From: Candidatus Nomurabacteria bacterium
Lineage (GTDB): Bacteria; Patescibacteriota; Minisyncoccia; Phycocordibacterales; UBA918
Assembly: GCA_020632075.1 (NCBI GenBank)
Contig: JACKGH010000001.1
Location: 857,778-921,777, forward strand
Length of the DNA: 64,000 bases
Direction: 5' to 3'
The notes beneath the pieces were generated by a model. That model was not told the origin of the DNA. It saw nothing but the letters and a program-made list of their open reading frames with translations, and did no database searches. A program made the translations under genes and the position numbers. Below, one piece after another: positions 55,324 to 64,000 of this stretch (its first letter is position 1; every line of letters starts with the position of its first letter).

Positions 55324-57393
55324 ATGGAGAAACTACCAGATGCCCCCAAGCCCACCGGAAGTGGTCGGGTAAAGAAAATGGTAAAAGTGGCTGCGCTATC
55401 AAGCCTGGTCGGATTTGGCGCAGTGAAATATCATGCGCAGGAAGCTTCGTCTGATGTCTACGATCTGCAACCTGGTGAGAAGGTTGAGCAAGAGGTCTCG
55501 AATGAATCAAAGGATCTGCAGAATCTCGATGTGGGAACGATCGATCGATCACAACAAACGGAACAGTCTGAGATACCTACTACTGAGGAGTCGGTGCGGC
55601 ACTTGATTGGGCTCTACCGCAAGCGAGAGTACGCCAAGGATGCTTTCTTTCATACATTGCTTGGGACAGATGAGTTTGAGAGCCTGCCGATTGCAGAGCA
55701 GGTTTCTTTGTATCTGGCGATGATCAAGGCTCTGGAGGTCGAGCCAGAGAATGGTGATGGCACACGAACTGGCTTCTTGTGGATCCCAGAAGTGATGGTC
55801 GATCGGGTCGATGAATGGGCCAGGGAACCTGGTGCAAATGAAGTCTACGAACACTTGTTTTCAAAATTAAAGTCATCTGCGCTATTCACTGATGCAGCAG
55901 TCACTGTTTTGCAGCACTTCAAAGGAGAAGCTTGGATGGAACAGTTTGTATTTCGAGCATTTCATGAACACCCTGGTTCGTATTTTGTAAGCCGGGATGT
56001 GCTGGAGCCCCTCTTGCCACTTGCATTTGATGAGTGGTCGATCATCTCAACAAGCTTTACGACCAAAGGCGCTGATGCGGCGCTTGCGTACTATGGTCTC
56101 CATGATAGTGAGAAGCAAGAAGCAATGGAGCAGATCGTCGCTGATGCACTTCCGCGAGCGAGTGCTCCTGCACTCATGGATCTCTGGGGGAAGCTAGAAC
56201 AGAATCCCTCAACACTCATTCGAGAACGGTTATCTATACCGCGCATGGTGTCTGAGCTTATGGTCTTGGGGCGTAACTTAGAACCAAAATACGAAGCGAT
56301 CCGAGCTGATGGTGCGTGGACAGGTGCAATGCTCATCGATCGTGCGGATGTGGCACCGATGGCTGATGAGGTTGGCATAGAGTACTGGCAAAAGCTGCCT
56401 GATGAGCTGATGTATGGTCAATTAACACCGGTCGCCAAGGAACAGGTGAAGAAAGTCCTGGCACATTATCGTCGGTCGGGAATCGACCGTGATGTCACCA
56501 TGGTTGAAAATGCTGCCCTGATCGTGGCGCGCAATCTCCAAGCACAAGGGTTGCCAGTCACACGTGAGCATGTGCAAGCTGAAGTGGAAGCAGTGCAAGC
56601 TGCCCAAGAAGGATTGGCTGGCAAGAGTCTCTTTGCTAATGATCTACTCATTGCTGCGCACGGAGAGACAGCAGTCGACGAGAGTCCACTTTTCGTACCT
56701 GATAATATGATGCATGCTGCCACAGCATTGGTCGCTGGTCAGCATACCTATCTACAGTTTGAGCGGCCTGGGAAGGAGAATGGAGTGATCAGTAAAGAGC
56801 AGGCTGAAGCAGTGAAAACCTCGGTACTTGCGGTCATTTCGGGAGATGATATGGATCCTAAGGAGATACCAGCAGCATTATCGGTTCTTCTCAGTGGTCA
56901 TGGTAATCCTGGCTTTTTCGCCTTTTCTAGCGGGCAGATGCCAAAGCCTGGAAAGCCTGCGCCAACAGTGAAAGAGCCTGAAGTGAACATCAGTGTCACC
57001 GAGATGGCGAGTGCGCTCGAACGACGATATCATCGGAGCAAACTATCGCCAGCAGAGCAGTTGAATATTGCACTGGTCTTTTCAGCTTGCAACATGAATG
57101 ACTTCATTCAGAATGTCGCCGCTGAGCTGGCCACACGAAAAGTACCGTTACCTTGGCTTATGATCAGTCCGTCTGAGTACGGGCAACCGAGCTGGACCAG
57201 TCCGCTCAATAGATTCCGTTCAACCCTTGAAGAATCACTGCTCCAGCATCCAGACCTTGGAGATTTTCTGGAGCATGAAAAAGAGATCAAAGATTCGAAT
57301 CCGTCAATCTTTGTGCCACGCCCAGACGATCCACAGGTATTGATGCAGATCAGTGGGGTGGCTTTTGAGGACAATACTGATACAACCGCGTAG
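55324..57393 (+). CDS. Large hypothetical protein (about 690 aa), membrane-anchored
   Basis: MEKLPDAPKPTGSGRVKKMVKVAALSSLVGFGAV (TM) followed by a long soluble region without recognisable motifs. Confidence 0.5.
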   Translation: MEKLPDAPKPTGSGRVKKMVKVAALSSLVGFGAVKYHAQEASSDVYDLQPGEKVEQEVSNESKDLQNLDVGTIDRSQQTEQSEIPTTEESVRHLIGLYRKREYAKDAFFHTLLGTDEFESLPIAEQVSLYLAMIKALEVEPENGDGTRTGFLWIPEVMVDRVDEWAREPGANEVYEHLFSKLKSSALFTDAAVTVLQHFKGEAWMEQFVFRAFHEHPGSYFVSRDVLEPLLPLAFDEWSIISTSFTTKGADAALAYYGLHDSEKQEAMEQIVADALPRASAPALMDLWGKLEQNPSTLIRERLSIPRMVSELMVLGRNLEPKYEAIRADGAWTGAMLIDRADVAPMADEVGIEYWQKLPDELMYGQLTPVAKEQVKKVLAHYRRSGIDRDVTMVENAALIVARNLQAQGLPVTREHVQAEVEAVQAAQEGLAGKSLFANDLLIAAHGETAVDESPLFVPDNMMHAATALVAGQHTYLQFERPGKENGVISKEQAEAVKTSVLAVISGDDMDPKEIPAALSVLLSGHGNPGFFAFSSGQMPKPGKPAPTVKEPEVNISVTEMASALERRYHRSKLSPAEQLNIALVFSACNMNDFIQNVAAELATRKVPLPWLMISPSEYGQPSWTSPLNRFRSTLEESLLQHPDLGDFLEHEKEIKDSNPSIFVPRPDDPQVLMQISGVAFEDNTDTTA

Positions 57394-57452
57394 GAAATGT
57401 GTGGTCGGGCAGCGAGCGTGGTACAATCAGTATTATTTACTAAGCACATACT

Positions 57453-57794
57453 ATGGAGGGTGGTCCAAAAAAAGAGGTTATCGACCTACAGGAAAATGCT
57501 GAGGGGGTATGGGAGCTTCTAGCAAACATGAACTTAAGCCCGGAGACACTCAACAAGATCGGAGAGATCGATGGGTTTGGTGCAATGACGTATCAAGAGC
57601 AGATCTCATCGTTACACGGGGTTGCTGATGAGTTGTCTCCTAAAAATGAGGGGGAGATACTAGAAAAGAACAAGAATAAATTTATTTGTAGGGAGTTGGA
57701 TAAAGTTGCACAGATGTTAGCTGCATATCAGCAGATCCAGGACAGTACCGCCTTGCTTGATTCCTTCGGTACTCGACTAGATGTGAGAGCGTAG
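57453..57794 (+). CDS. Hypothetical protein (113 aa)
   Basis: ORF with RBS (ATGGAGGGTGG context). No domains recognised. Confidence 0.35.
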   Translation: MEGGPKKEVIDLQENAEGVWELLANMNLSPETLNKIGEIDGFGAMTYQEQISSLHGVADELSPKNEGEILEKNKNKFICRELDKVAQMLAAYQQIQDSTALLDSFGTRLDVRA

Positions 57795-57821
57795 TCTTTC
57801 AAAATATTTACAACTAGAGCT

Positions 57822-58883
57822 TTGTTCCTTATGACCTTTGATTTTGATGCAGAAATAAAACAACACCTCGATGTGATCCGGGGCTTGGAGCGCCAGCCGG
57901 GCGTGTTCACCGCGTCTTCAGACGACACATTCTACAACAAAGCGTGGCTGCGTGATATCTATTTCATCGTACTTGGCTTTCTTGAGACCGGTGACATCAA
58001 AACAGTGCAACATGCAGCTAAGGCACTCCTCACGGTATTTGTAAAACACAAAGACAAGATCAACTGGGCGATCGACAACAAGCCGAGCTATGCGTGGCAG
58101 TACATTCATGCACGGTTTCACCCGGAGACATTCGAAGAGTACTGGGAAGAGTGGGGAAATAGTCAGAATGATGCGGTAGGTGAAGTACTTAATCTGATCG
58201 TCACGCTCGAACAGCTTGGAGCGAGCGTGGTTGAGACCGACGAAGAACGTGAGATGGTGCAGAAGATCATCGACTACCTGGTGAATCTCGAGTACTGGCA
58301 AGATGACGACAACGGTATTTGGGAGGAGAACATGGAAGTGCACGCTTCGTCGATCGGCTCGGTGGTAGCGGCGCTCAAGAAAGCGAGTGATATCGAATGG
58401 CTTTCTGTGCCAGCACATGCGATTGAGCAAGGTGAGCAAGCGCTGCGCGCCCTTTTGCCGCGAGAGTCAGCAACTAAGTTTGTTGACTTAGCTCTCCTGA
58501 CTTTGATTTATCCATTTCAGGTCACGACCGAGGAAGAAACTCAAGAGATCCTCAAGAACGTCGAGTATCACTTGGTGCGAGATAAAGGCGTGATCCGGTA
58601 CAAGTTTGATCGCTACTACAACAACAACCAAGATGGCTACAGTGAAGAAGCAGAGTGGTGCTTTGGCCTCTCTTGGCTCGCAATTATTTATGCTGAACGA
58701 GGAGAAAAAGAAAAGGCGTACTACTGGTTGCGTCGTGCAAAGAATGCAGTGACTCCAGAAGGTGATGTGCCAGAGCTATACTACTCACACACCGACCGAC
58801 CGAATGACAACACGCCGCTTGGCTGGGCCGAGAGTATGTATGTAGTGGCGCTGCAGAAGGTGAAAGAATTGGATAAAAAGTAA
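57822..58883 (+). CDS. Glycoside hydrolase family 15-like (alpha/alpha)6-barrel protein (glucoamylase/trehalase-related), short form
   Basis: FYNKAWLRDIYF matches the GH15 Y..W.RD motif. GIWEENMEVHASSIG matches the WEE general-acid region. Confidence 0.5.
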   Translation: MFLMTFDFDAEIKQHLDVIRGLERQPGVFTASSDDTFYNKAWLRDIYFIVLGFLETGDIKTVQHAAKALLTVFVKHKDKINWAIDNKPSYAWQYIHARFHPETFEEYWEEWGNSQNDAVGEVLNLIVTLEQLGASVVETDEEREMVQKIIDYLVNLEYWQDDDNGIWEENMEVHASSIGSVVAALKKASDIEWLSVPAHAIEQGEQALRALLPRESATKFVDLALLTLIYPFQVTTEEETQEILKNVEYHLVRDKGVIRYKFDRYYNNNQDGYSEEAEWCFGLSWLAIIYAERGEKEKAYYWLRRAKNAVTPEGDVPELYYSHTDRPNDNTPLGWAESMYVVALQKVKELDKK

Positions 58884-58899
58884 GCGAAAGAATGAGGTG

Positions 58900-58936
58900 A
58901 AACGCGGGCGGCTCCCAAAGGGAGCCGCCCAGTTTC
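58900..58936 (+). terminator. Hairpin terminator
   Basis: AAACGCGGGCGGCTCCCAAAGGGAGCCGCCCAGTTTC. Confidence 0.6.
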
Positions 58937-58955
58937 TGTGTGTTACAATTTTTTC

Positions 58956-59579
58956 ATGAAAGACCCATATCGTAAGATCTTACATGCGATTCTACTGCTA
59001 CCGCTTGCCAGCATTGCTGTAATTTTTTTCATCCGACTGTTTTGGCTATGTTGGAATGATGTGTGGTATGTGGCTGGTAGTATCGCTGCGATCGCGCTTG
59101 CCTGGATAAGTGCTGACAAGTTGTTTGCGCATACTCGTTCGACTACATTTATTGTGTTGCTGTGTGTTCTTTCGGTTTTAGTTAGTATGGTCTTCTTAAG
59201 TTCTCAAAGTTATGCAAGACGCTCTGGTCCAGACGCATCGATCAAGCAGTCTCTTGGCAACAGCCGGTCGCAAGCAGAATTATATTGGAACAAAAATGAG
59301 GGGTCATACAGTGGTGTGTGTCGGGATGAGACCATTCAGCTGCTTGGTTTGGCTGCAGCGGAAAATATTCATACCAACAAAAATCTCTGTCGAGGGCCTG
59401 TGCTACAGTGGCTTTTACCTAAAAAGCCGCTTGATCCTGGTCAGTATGCTTGCAATGATTCGTCTACCGAATATGCGATCTCGGCTGTGCTCAACGTTGG
59501 TTCGTTTTGGTGTGTTGATTCAAATGGGTATGCGGGTGAAATTCCAACAGCGATTGGAAGGAGTACTCGTTGCCAGTAA
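58956..59579 (+). CDS. Membrane-anchored Cys-rich extracellular protein, hypothetical
   Basis: Two or three TM helices, then a domain with six Cys (CRDETIQ...CRGPVLQ...CNDSS...CVDSNGY...CQ). Start assumed at MKDPYRKILHAILLL (58956; the ORF track starts at 58938). Confidence 0.4.
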   Translation: MKDPYRKILHAILLLPLASIAVIFFIRLFWLCWNDVWYVAGSIAAIALAWISADKLFAHTRSTTFIVLLCVLSVLVSMVFLSSQSYARRSGPDASIKQSLGNSRSQAELYWNKNEGSYSGVCRDETIQLLGLAAAENIHTNKNLCRGPVLQWLLPKKPLDPGQYACNDSSTEYAISAVLNVGSFWCVDSNGYAGEIPTAIGRSTRCQ

Positions 59580-59597
59580 TGTTGCTATACTACACGT

Positions 59598-59678
59598 ATG
59601 AAATATCTAAATTACGCGATCTATTTCTTCCTCGCTGTGGCGGCACTCGCCGCGCTAGCGAAATTATTTATGGGGTAG
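59598..59678 (+). CDS. Tiny hydrophobic peptide, 26 aa (MKYLNYAIYFFLAVAALAALAKLFMG)
   Basis: TATACT -10-like box upstream. Followed by the strong hairpin terminator at 59689-59730. Below the ORF-track cutoff. Confidence 0.25.
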   Translation: MKYLNYAIYFFLAVAALAALAKLFMG

Positions 59679-59688
59679 TGAAGAGATG

Positions 59689-59730
59689 CAAACAGCCGGT
59701 GATTCCCTTCGGGAATCACCGGCTGTTTAC
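59689..59730 (+). terminator. Hairpin terminator
   Basis: CAAACAGCCGGTGATTCCCTTCGGGAATCACCGGCTGTTTAC. Confidence 0.65.
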
Positions 59731-59811
59731 TTAGCTTGCTACGCGATTTTCTATCTCTCGTCGTGTGTATGGTAGGATAACTAGTGCATGAATCATAACT
59801 AATACACAATT

Positions 59812-60693
59812 ATGTCAATCGAACGCATGTCAAACGGGCAGTCTAAGTCACTCGAATCGACTGAACAAAAGGAACGTGAAACACTTGATTCAGTTAGAAA
59901 AGGAGAAGTGGGTAATATTTCATCGTGGATGCACTTGGAAGGTGCACCAGCCGCTCTCGATGACTACTTTAGAAGCCAGATAGCCCAGCAAACGTATGAA
60001 GCAGTATCGAAGGGAACTGCGGTGCCCGTGCCTGGATATGCGAGAGAGGGTCGCATGCGTTCAGCACTGAGAGCTTTTAGAGCTAATTTGTTTGATAAAC
60101 ACTTACGTCCAAAGCAATACGTTGAGTTGAATCTAGAAACTCACGAAGCAATCGCAACTGGTACAGCCGTGCCTCTAGCAGAATCTTTGCAGCACAACAA
60201 GAATACTCGAACAGCATTCAATGAATACCTGTCAACACTTACACCTGAAGACGTTAATGCTTATTCAAGAGAACTTAATGAAATTGTCGCCGAGTTCAAA
60301 ACAGCGCATGAAAATGCAGATGAGTCTCTAGCAAGTGCAGTGCTGCAAAAGCTGGCAGATTTTATTTCAAATAGACTAACTGTGATTGCAGCTGGTGTTG
60401 GTACTACAGCTCTCTTGTCCACATTGGTTGATAGCTGGGTGGCAAAAGGTTTTATGACTGTGCCCGGTGCTTTTGCTATGCATACTACTATTGGGGTAGG
60501 TTATGTCTTTGATAAGTTAGCCGAACAAGTTCGTGAAATGCAATCACCGGCTGCTGCTAAATTGTATGCAGATAGTCGCAATGCAAGTCACCAGATGTTT
60601 TACATGGCTAAGATGATTGAAGATTTTCAGAATCAACACCAAAATTCTGATTACGAGTTTCCGGCTGGGGGAGTAAACGACAGTCTAGAATAA
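59812..60693 (+). CDS. Hypothetical protein with a hydrophobic C-terminal region
   Basis: 293 aa. Segment LTVIAAGVGTTALLSTLVDSWVAKGFMTVPGAFAMHTTIGVGYVF suggests membrane insertion. Confidence 0.45.
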   Translation: MSIERMSNGQSKSLESTEQKERETLDSVRKGEVGNISSWMHLEGAPAALDDYFRSQIAQQTYEAVSKGTAVPVPGYAREGRMRSALRAFRANLFDKHLRPKQYVELNLETHEAIATGTAVPLAESLQHNKNTRTAFNEYLSTLTPEDVNAYSRELNEIVAEFKTAHENADESLASAVLQKLADFISNRLTVIAAGVGTTALLSTLVDSWVAKGFMTVPGAFAMHTTIGVGYVFDKLAEQVREMQSPAAAKLYADSRNASHQMFYMAKMIEDFQNQHQNSDYEFPAGGVNDSLE

Positions 60694-60831
60694 TAATGTA
60701 ATTGAGTTCAGTTTTGGCTTGTACGGTAACAATGAATACACAAAGTTGTTGCGTACAGACGGTGGATTCATTTCAATTCTTTTGAAGAACAGTATTTGTT
60801 TCACAGTGAACTCTCGTGTATGGTATAGCCC

Positions 60832-62322
60832 ATGTCACGAAATGATGGACTGATAGTTTTTAAAGACGTGTCGTTTGAGCACGACGCAACCAAGCCGATC
60901 TTGCGGGAGGCGAGCTTTGTGATTCGTCGCGGGGCGAAGCTTACCCTTATGGGGCAAAACGGCGCCGGCAAGTCAACGATCTTTTCTCTCATTACCGGTA
61001 AGCTTCGCCCCGACGAGGGTGATATCAATTTGCAGCCGCGCACGACGATCGCGATCTCGCGTCAGATCATTCCGCGCGATGAGCTTGAGCTCACCGTACG
61101 CGCCTTCTTTGAGAAGTGTTTCCTTGAAAAGGTATACGACATCGACCCAAAGATCGACGCAGTCTTGGAAGTGGTAAATCTCACCCCGACTGAGAAGATG
61201 AAAGATACCTTTAAAGATCGTATCGTCGGTAGTTTTTCTGGTGGCCAACAAGCGCGACTGCTTCTGGCGTCAGCCCTGATCCAAAATCCTGACGTGCTCC
61301 TGCTCGACGAACCGACCAACAACCTCGACGTGGCAGGAATTGAGCATCTTACTGAGTTTCTCAAGGCGTACAACAAAACCGTGATCGTGATCTCTCACGA
61401 TGCAGACTTCCTCAACGCCTTTACGCACGGTGTGCTGTACCTCAATGTGCAGAATCGCCAGGTGGAACAGTACCAGGGTAACTATCACAAGGTGCTTGCC
61501 GAGATCGCCGCTCGGGTAGAAAAAGAAAAGCGCCAGAATGCCCAGATGGCCAAGCAGATCCAGGCTGACAAAGACAAGATCAACTACTTCGCCGCCAAGG
61601 GTGGCAAGATGCGTCTCATCGCCAAGAAAATGCGGGCTGATGTTGAAGAAGCAGAAGAGAGCAAAGTCGATGTGCGCAAGGAAGATAAGACGATTCGTGA
61701 ATTCACGATCGACCCGCACCAGGATATTCCACTTGAAGTATTGAAACTTACTGAAGTAACGGTGATCAAAAACCACGAGCCAAAGCAGGCTGAGTGTGAC
61801 ATCGTCCTGAAGCGCGGCGAGCACTTGCAGATCGTTGGGCCAAACGGCATCGGGAAGACGACACTGCTTGAGAGTCTGGCGGGTGGCCACGCCACGGGCG
61901 AGCATATCGCACCTGGCGTGAAGATCGGCTACTACCGTCAGGATTTTTCAAACCTTGATTTTGATAAGACTGTCTTTGAAACACTCATGGCCAGCATGAA
62001 GCGCAAGCTCGAAGAAGAAATGCGCAGTATCGCTGCTGGCTTTTTGCTCTTTGGTGATGTGATGCGAAGCAAAGTCGGCGATCTCTCAGAAGGACAGAAG
62101 GGATTGGTCGCATTTGCAAAACTAAAGATGGAAGAGCCAGGACTTCTTATTCTCGACGAGCCGACCAACCACATCAACTTCCGGCACATTCCGGTCATCG
62201 CAAAAGCACTTCATGACTACAAGGGTGCAATGATCCTAGTCTCACACGTACCCGACTTTGTGGAGAAGATCCATATTGACCAAGTTTTAGATCTGAATAA
62301 ACTCAAACCAAAAAAGAATTAA
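60832..62322 (+). CDS. ABC-F family ATPase (two ABC domains, no TM domain)
   Basis: Walker A GQNGAGKST and GPNGIGKTT. Signature-like FSGGQQARLLLA and LSEGQKGLVAFA. A coiled-coil linker lies between the domains. Confidence 0.8.
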   Translation: MSRNDGLIVFKDVSFEHDATKPILREASFVIRRGAKLTLMGQNGAGKSTIFSLITGKLRPDEGDINLQPRTTIAISRQIIPRDELELTVRAFFEKCFLEKVYDIDPKIDAVLEVVNLTPTEKMKDTFKDRIVGSFSGGQQARLLLASALIQNPDVLLLDEPTNNLDVAGIEHLTEFLKAYNKTVIVISHDADFLNAFTHGVLYLNVQNRQVEQYQGNYHKVLAEIAARVEKEKRQNAQMAKQIQADKDKINYFAAKGGKMRLIAKKMRADVEEAEESKVDVRKEDKTIREFTIDPHQDIPLEVLKLTEVTVIKNHEPKQAECDIVLKRGEHLQIVGPNGIGKTTLLESLAGGHATGEHIAPGVKIGYYRQDFSNLDFDKTVFETLMASMKRKLEEEMRSIAAGFLLFGDVMRSKVGDLSEGQKGLVAFAKLKMEEPGLLILDEPTNHINFRHIPVIAKALHDYKGAMILVSHVPDFVEKIHIDQVLDLNKLKPKKN

Positions 62323-62358
62323 AAAACCGGCGAATTCCCGTAGGGAATTCGCCGGTAG
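62321..62358. terminator. Hairpin AAAAAACCGGCGAATTCCCGTAGGGAATTCGCCGG (copy 1 of an identical pair)
   Basis: A perfect inverted repeat containing EcoRI-like GAATTC arms. An identical copy lies at 62922-62956. Confidence 0.6.
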
Positions 62359-62361
62359 CTA

Positions 62362-62850
62362 TTAGGAATACTTCTCTCTTAGTTTTCTGAGCACTGCTGG
62401 CGGCACGAGTTGCGCCACCTGCTCGACCCAGGCAGGATCAGTATTCACGTGTGATTTCACTAGACTGGAACTCAAGTGCATGAATTCTGTACGACAGGGT
62501 AGGAAGATCGTTTCGATAAGTGGTGCGATCCTACGATTAGCCTCTGCGAGCGCCTGTTCATCTTGCAGATCGCTTGAGTTGCGTAGTCCTCGCACCACTA
62601 CGCTTGCGCCGATCGACTCAGCCAGCTTCACCACATACCGGTCAGTACACACAAGAACCGAGATGTTTTCAAAGCGTTTGACTGAGTCGGACACCATTTG
62701 AGCGCGTTCTTCAGCGCTAAAGGTGTACGTCTTCTTGCTTTGGTTTGCAACGACCAGGATCACCTCATCATAAAGTGGAGTGATACGTTCAATGATGTTG
62801 AGATGACCAAAAGTGATCGGGTCAAAGCTTGCCGCATACATAGCCTTCAT
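62362..62850 (-). CDS. coaD: Phosphopantetheine adenylyltransferase
   Basis: MKAMYAASFDPITFGHLNIIER matches the (T/H)xGH nucleotidyltransferase motif of PPAT. 162 aa. Confidence 0.85.
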   Translation of the reverse strand: MKAMYAASFDPITFGHLNIIERITPLYDEVILVVANQSKKTYTFSAEERAQMVSDSVKRFENISVLVCTDRYVVKLAESIGASVVVRGLRNSSDLQDEQALAEANRRIAPLIETIFLPCRTEFMHLSSSLVKSHVNTDPAWVEQVAQLVPPAVLRKLREKYS

Positions 62851-62921
62851 CGTGTTTCTCCCGCATAGGATGTATCTACTCTGTACGGTACCTGTAAGTA
62901 GTGATGATTGTCAATGATATG

Positions 62922-62956
62922 AAAAACCGGCGAATTCCCGTAGGGAATTCGCCGGC
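62922..62956. repeat. Hairpin AAAAACCGGCGAATTCCCGTAGGGAATTCGCCGG (copy 2, identical to 62321-62358)
   Basis: The 34-nt identical element recurs on the other side of coaD. Confidence 0.6.
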
Positions 62957-62976
62957 AAACGCTTGAAGAACAAAAC

Positions 62977-63930
62977 TCAGACGAGGTGTTTCTCTGCCCA
63001 CACACTCCGGATGCTAGGTCCATGCTTGAGGACGAAGTCCTCGTCAGGTGGGAGTTGCTCCAGAGAAGGAACCTTGAACACTTTGGTCTTGCCTGGTTCG
63101 TCGATCGTCGTCGATGCGTCGACCAGGCAGCTCATGACGAGCGAGATCTTTGGACCGCGTGGATCGCGATCGAGGTCTGCGAGTGTGCTGTGGTATAGCA
63201 CACTCTGAGGTGTACAGCCGATCTCTTCTCTGAGTTCACGAGTCGCAGCCTCGATCGCGCTTTCGTCCTCGATATGGCCTCCTGGCGTAGCCGGCCCTTG
63301 TGGGTAGTTAAGTCGCTCGACCAGTACCACTTCGCCGGTGTGCATGTCATGTACGACCATGTCGACACAGTACTTAGCATCGATCACTTTCTCGGTACCG
63401 ACAGCAGTCACGAGCGAGTGTACCTTGTACTCCGCGAGGATTCCGTGGCCGCCAAGTTCGGGGAGCTCAGTGAGGACCGAGATCCCCACTACTTCACCGC
63501 CGAGCTCCTCGACCAGCTTGGCGCCGCAGAGCGCCGTGCCACCGGTAGCGAGGAGGTCGTCGACCAAGAGTACGCGCTTGCCGGCAAGGAACCCATCATC
63601 GATGACTTCCTGCACGGCGCTGCCATACTCAAGCTCATACTTTTGTGCTCGCGTCTTGCCCGGGAGTTTGCCTTTCTTCCGGATCTGCTCAAACGGCAGA
63701 TTAAGGAGATCAGCGATTCCTTTCCCGAAGATGAAGCCGCGGGCGTCAAAGCCGGCGACCACATCTATCCGCTCGTTGCTCCACCGGGCCGCCATGAGTG
63801 ATTCGACGTGCTTGCGTACGTCGGGTTCACGCAGAAGCGGCGCGATGTCCCAGAAGAGAATCCCTGGTTTCGGATAATCCGGTACCAGTCGTAGTAGATC
63901 AGCTGCTCGTTGCAGTAGTTGGTCAGTCAT
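62977..63930 (-). CDS. apt: Adenine phosphoribosyltransferase fused to a C-terminal Nudix hydrolase domain
   Basis: N-terminal APRT (DYPKPGILFWDIAPLL, VVAGFDARGFIFG, VLLVDDLLATGGT). C-terminal Nudix box GGHIEDESAIEAATRELREEIG. Strong RBS GAGGAGGG before the ATG at 63930. Confidence 0.7.
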   Translation of the reverse strand: MTDQLLQRAADLLRLVPDYPKPGILFWDIAPLLREPDVRKHVESLMAARWSNERIDVVAGFDARGFIFGKGIADLLNLPFEQIRKKGKLPGKTRAQKYELEYGSAVQEVIDDGFLAGKRVLLVDDLLATGGTALCGAKLVEELGGEVVGISVLTELPELGGHGILAEYKVHSLVTAVGTEKVIDAKYCVDMVVHDMHTGEVVLVERLNYPQGPATPGGHIEDESAIEAATRELREEIGCTPQSVLYHSTLADLDRDPRGPKISLVMSCLVDASTTIDEPGKTKVFKVPSLEQLPPDEDFVLKHGPSIRSVWAEKHLV

Positions 63931-64000
63931 GGGGTAGTCCCTCCTCAATGAGTTTACTAACGCTGCCGTCGCGGGCAACTTGTTGCAAGATGGTATAGGC

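Noticed and set aside
1-64000. CRISPR arrays, cas genes, transposases, integrases, reverse transcriptases and prophage blocks
   Set aside because: No evenly spaced direct-repeat arrays and no large nuclease or recombinase-like ORFs in any frame. The only repeats found are intragenic domain repeats and terminator hairpins.

Overview
Reading all six frames, this 64 kb window looks like a gene-dense chromosomal segment of a small-genome bacterium. Coding density is about 90% and most operons end in GC-rich hairpin terminators. The gene mix is consistent with a reduced-genome, nucleotide-salvaging lineage such as Patescibacteria/CPR or another Gram-positive-like bacterium. It includes a type IV pilus operon without pilM-Q, a split ComEC, many Nudix/HD/MazG housecleaning enzymes and an APRT-Nudix fusion. 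That lineage call is an inference only.

Recognisable genes include:
- an MscS mechanosensitive channel and a trypsin-like protease;
- a cluster of five nucleotide-housecleaning genes (Nudix, CYTH, Nudix, HD, FlaR-like kinase);
- tRNA-Gly(UCC), a VOC/glyoxalase-fold protein and a DUF62 SAM hydroxide adenosyltransferase;
- two paralogous TrmB-like regulators, HU, RNase Y, a TrpF-like TIM barrel, ClpP, trigger factor, inorganic pyrophosphatase and NusA;
- a type IV pilus operon (pilB, pilC, three prepilin-like proteins) running directly into tpiA-pgk;
- a HIT protein, RecJ and a MazG-like protein;
- an RNase HI followed by a catalytically degenerate RNase H-like paralog;
- ComEC split into two genes, separated by a 4xLamG surface protein and a convergent Fe/Mn superoxide dismutase;
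- rpmB, an S2P/M50 protease, and rpsL-rpsG followed by a TPR protein where fusA-tuf would be expected;
- a 7.7 kb block of uncharacterised secreted or membrane proteins (including a GH15-like hydrolase), an ABC-F ATPase, coaD and an APRT-Nudix fusion.

No CRISPR array, transposase, integrase or reverse transcriptase was seen.

The items most worth a second look are:
- an orphan consensus-promoter to terminator unit (about 3.33-3.70 kb) with no credible ORF, a candidate structured ncRNA;
- a structured 530-nt region upstream of rpsL that contains another promoter/terminator mini-transcript;
- twin TATTGACAATATG promoters driving small proteins, one Cys-rich and palindrome-laden, just upstream of the pilus operon;
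- the compact Nudix-CYTH-Nudix-HD-kinase operon;
- the active plus inactive RNase H tandem;
- the APRT-Nudix fusion;
- identical 34-nt hairpins flanking coaD;
- the large hypothetical surface-protein block at 53-60.7 kb.
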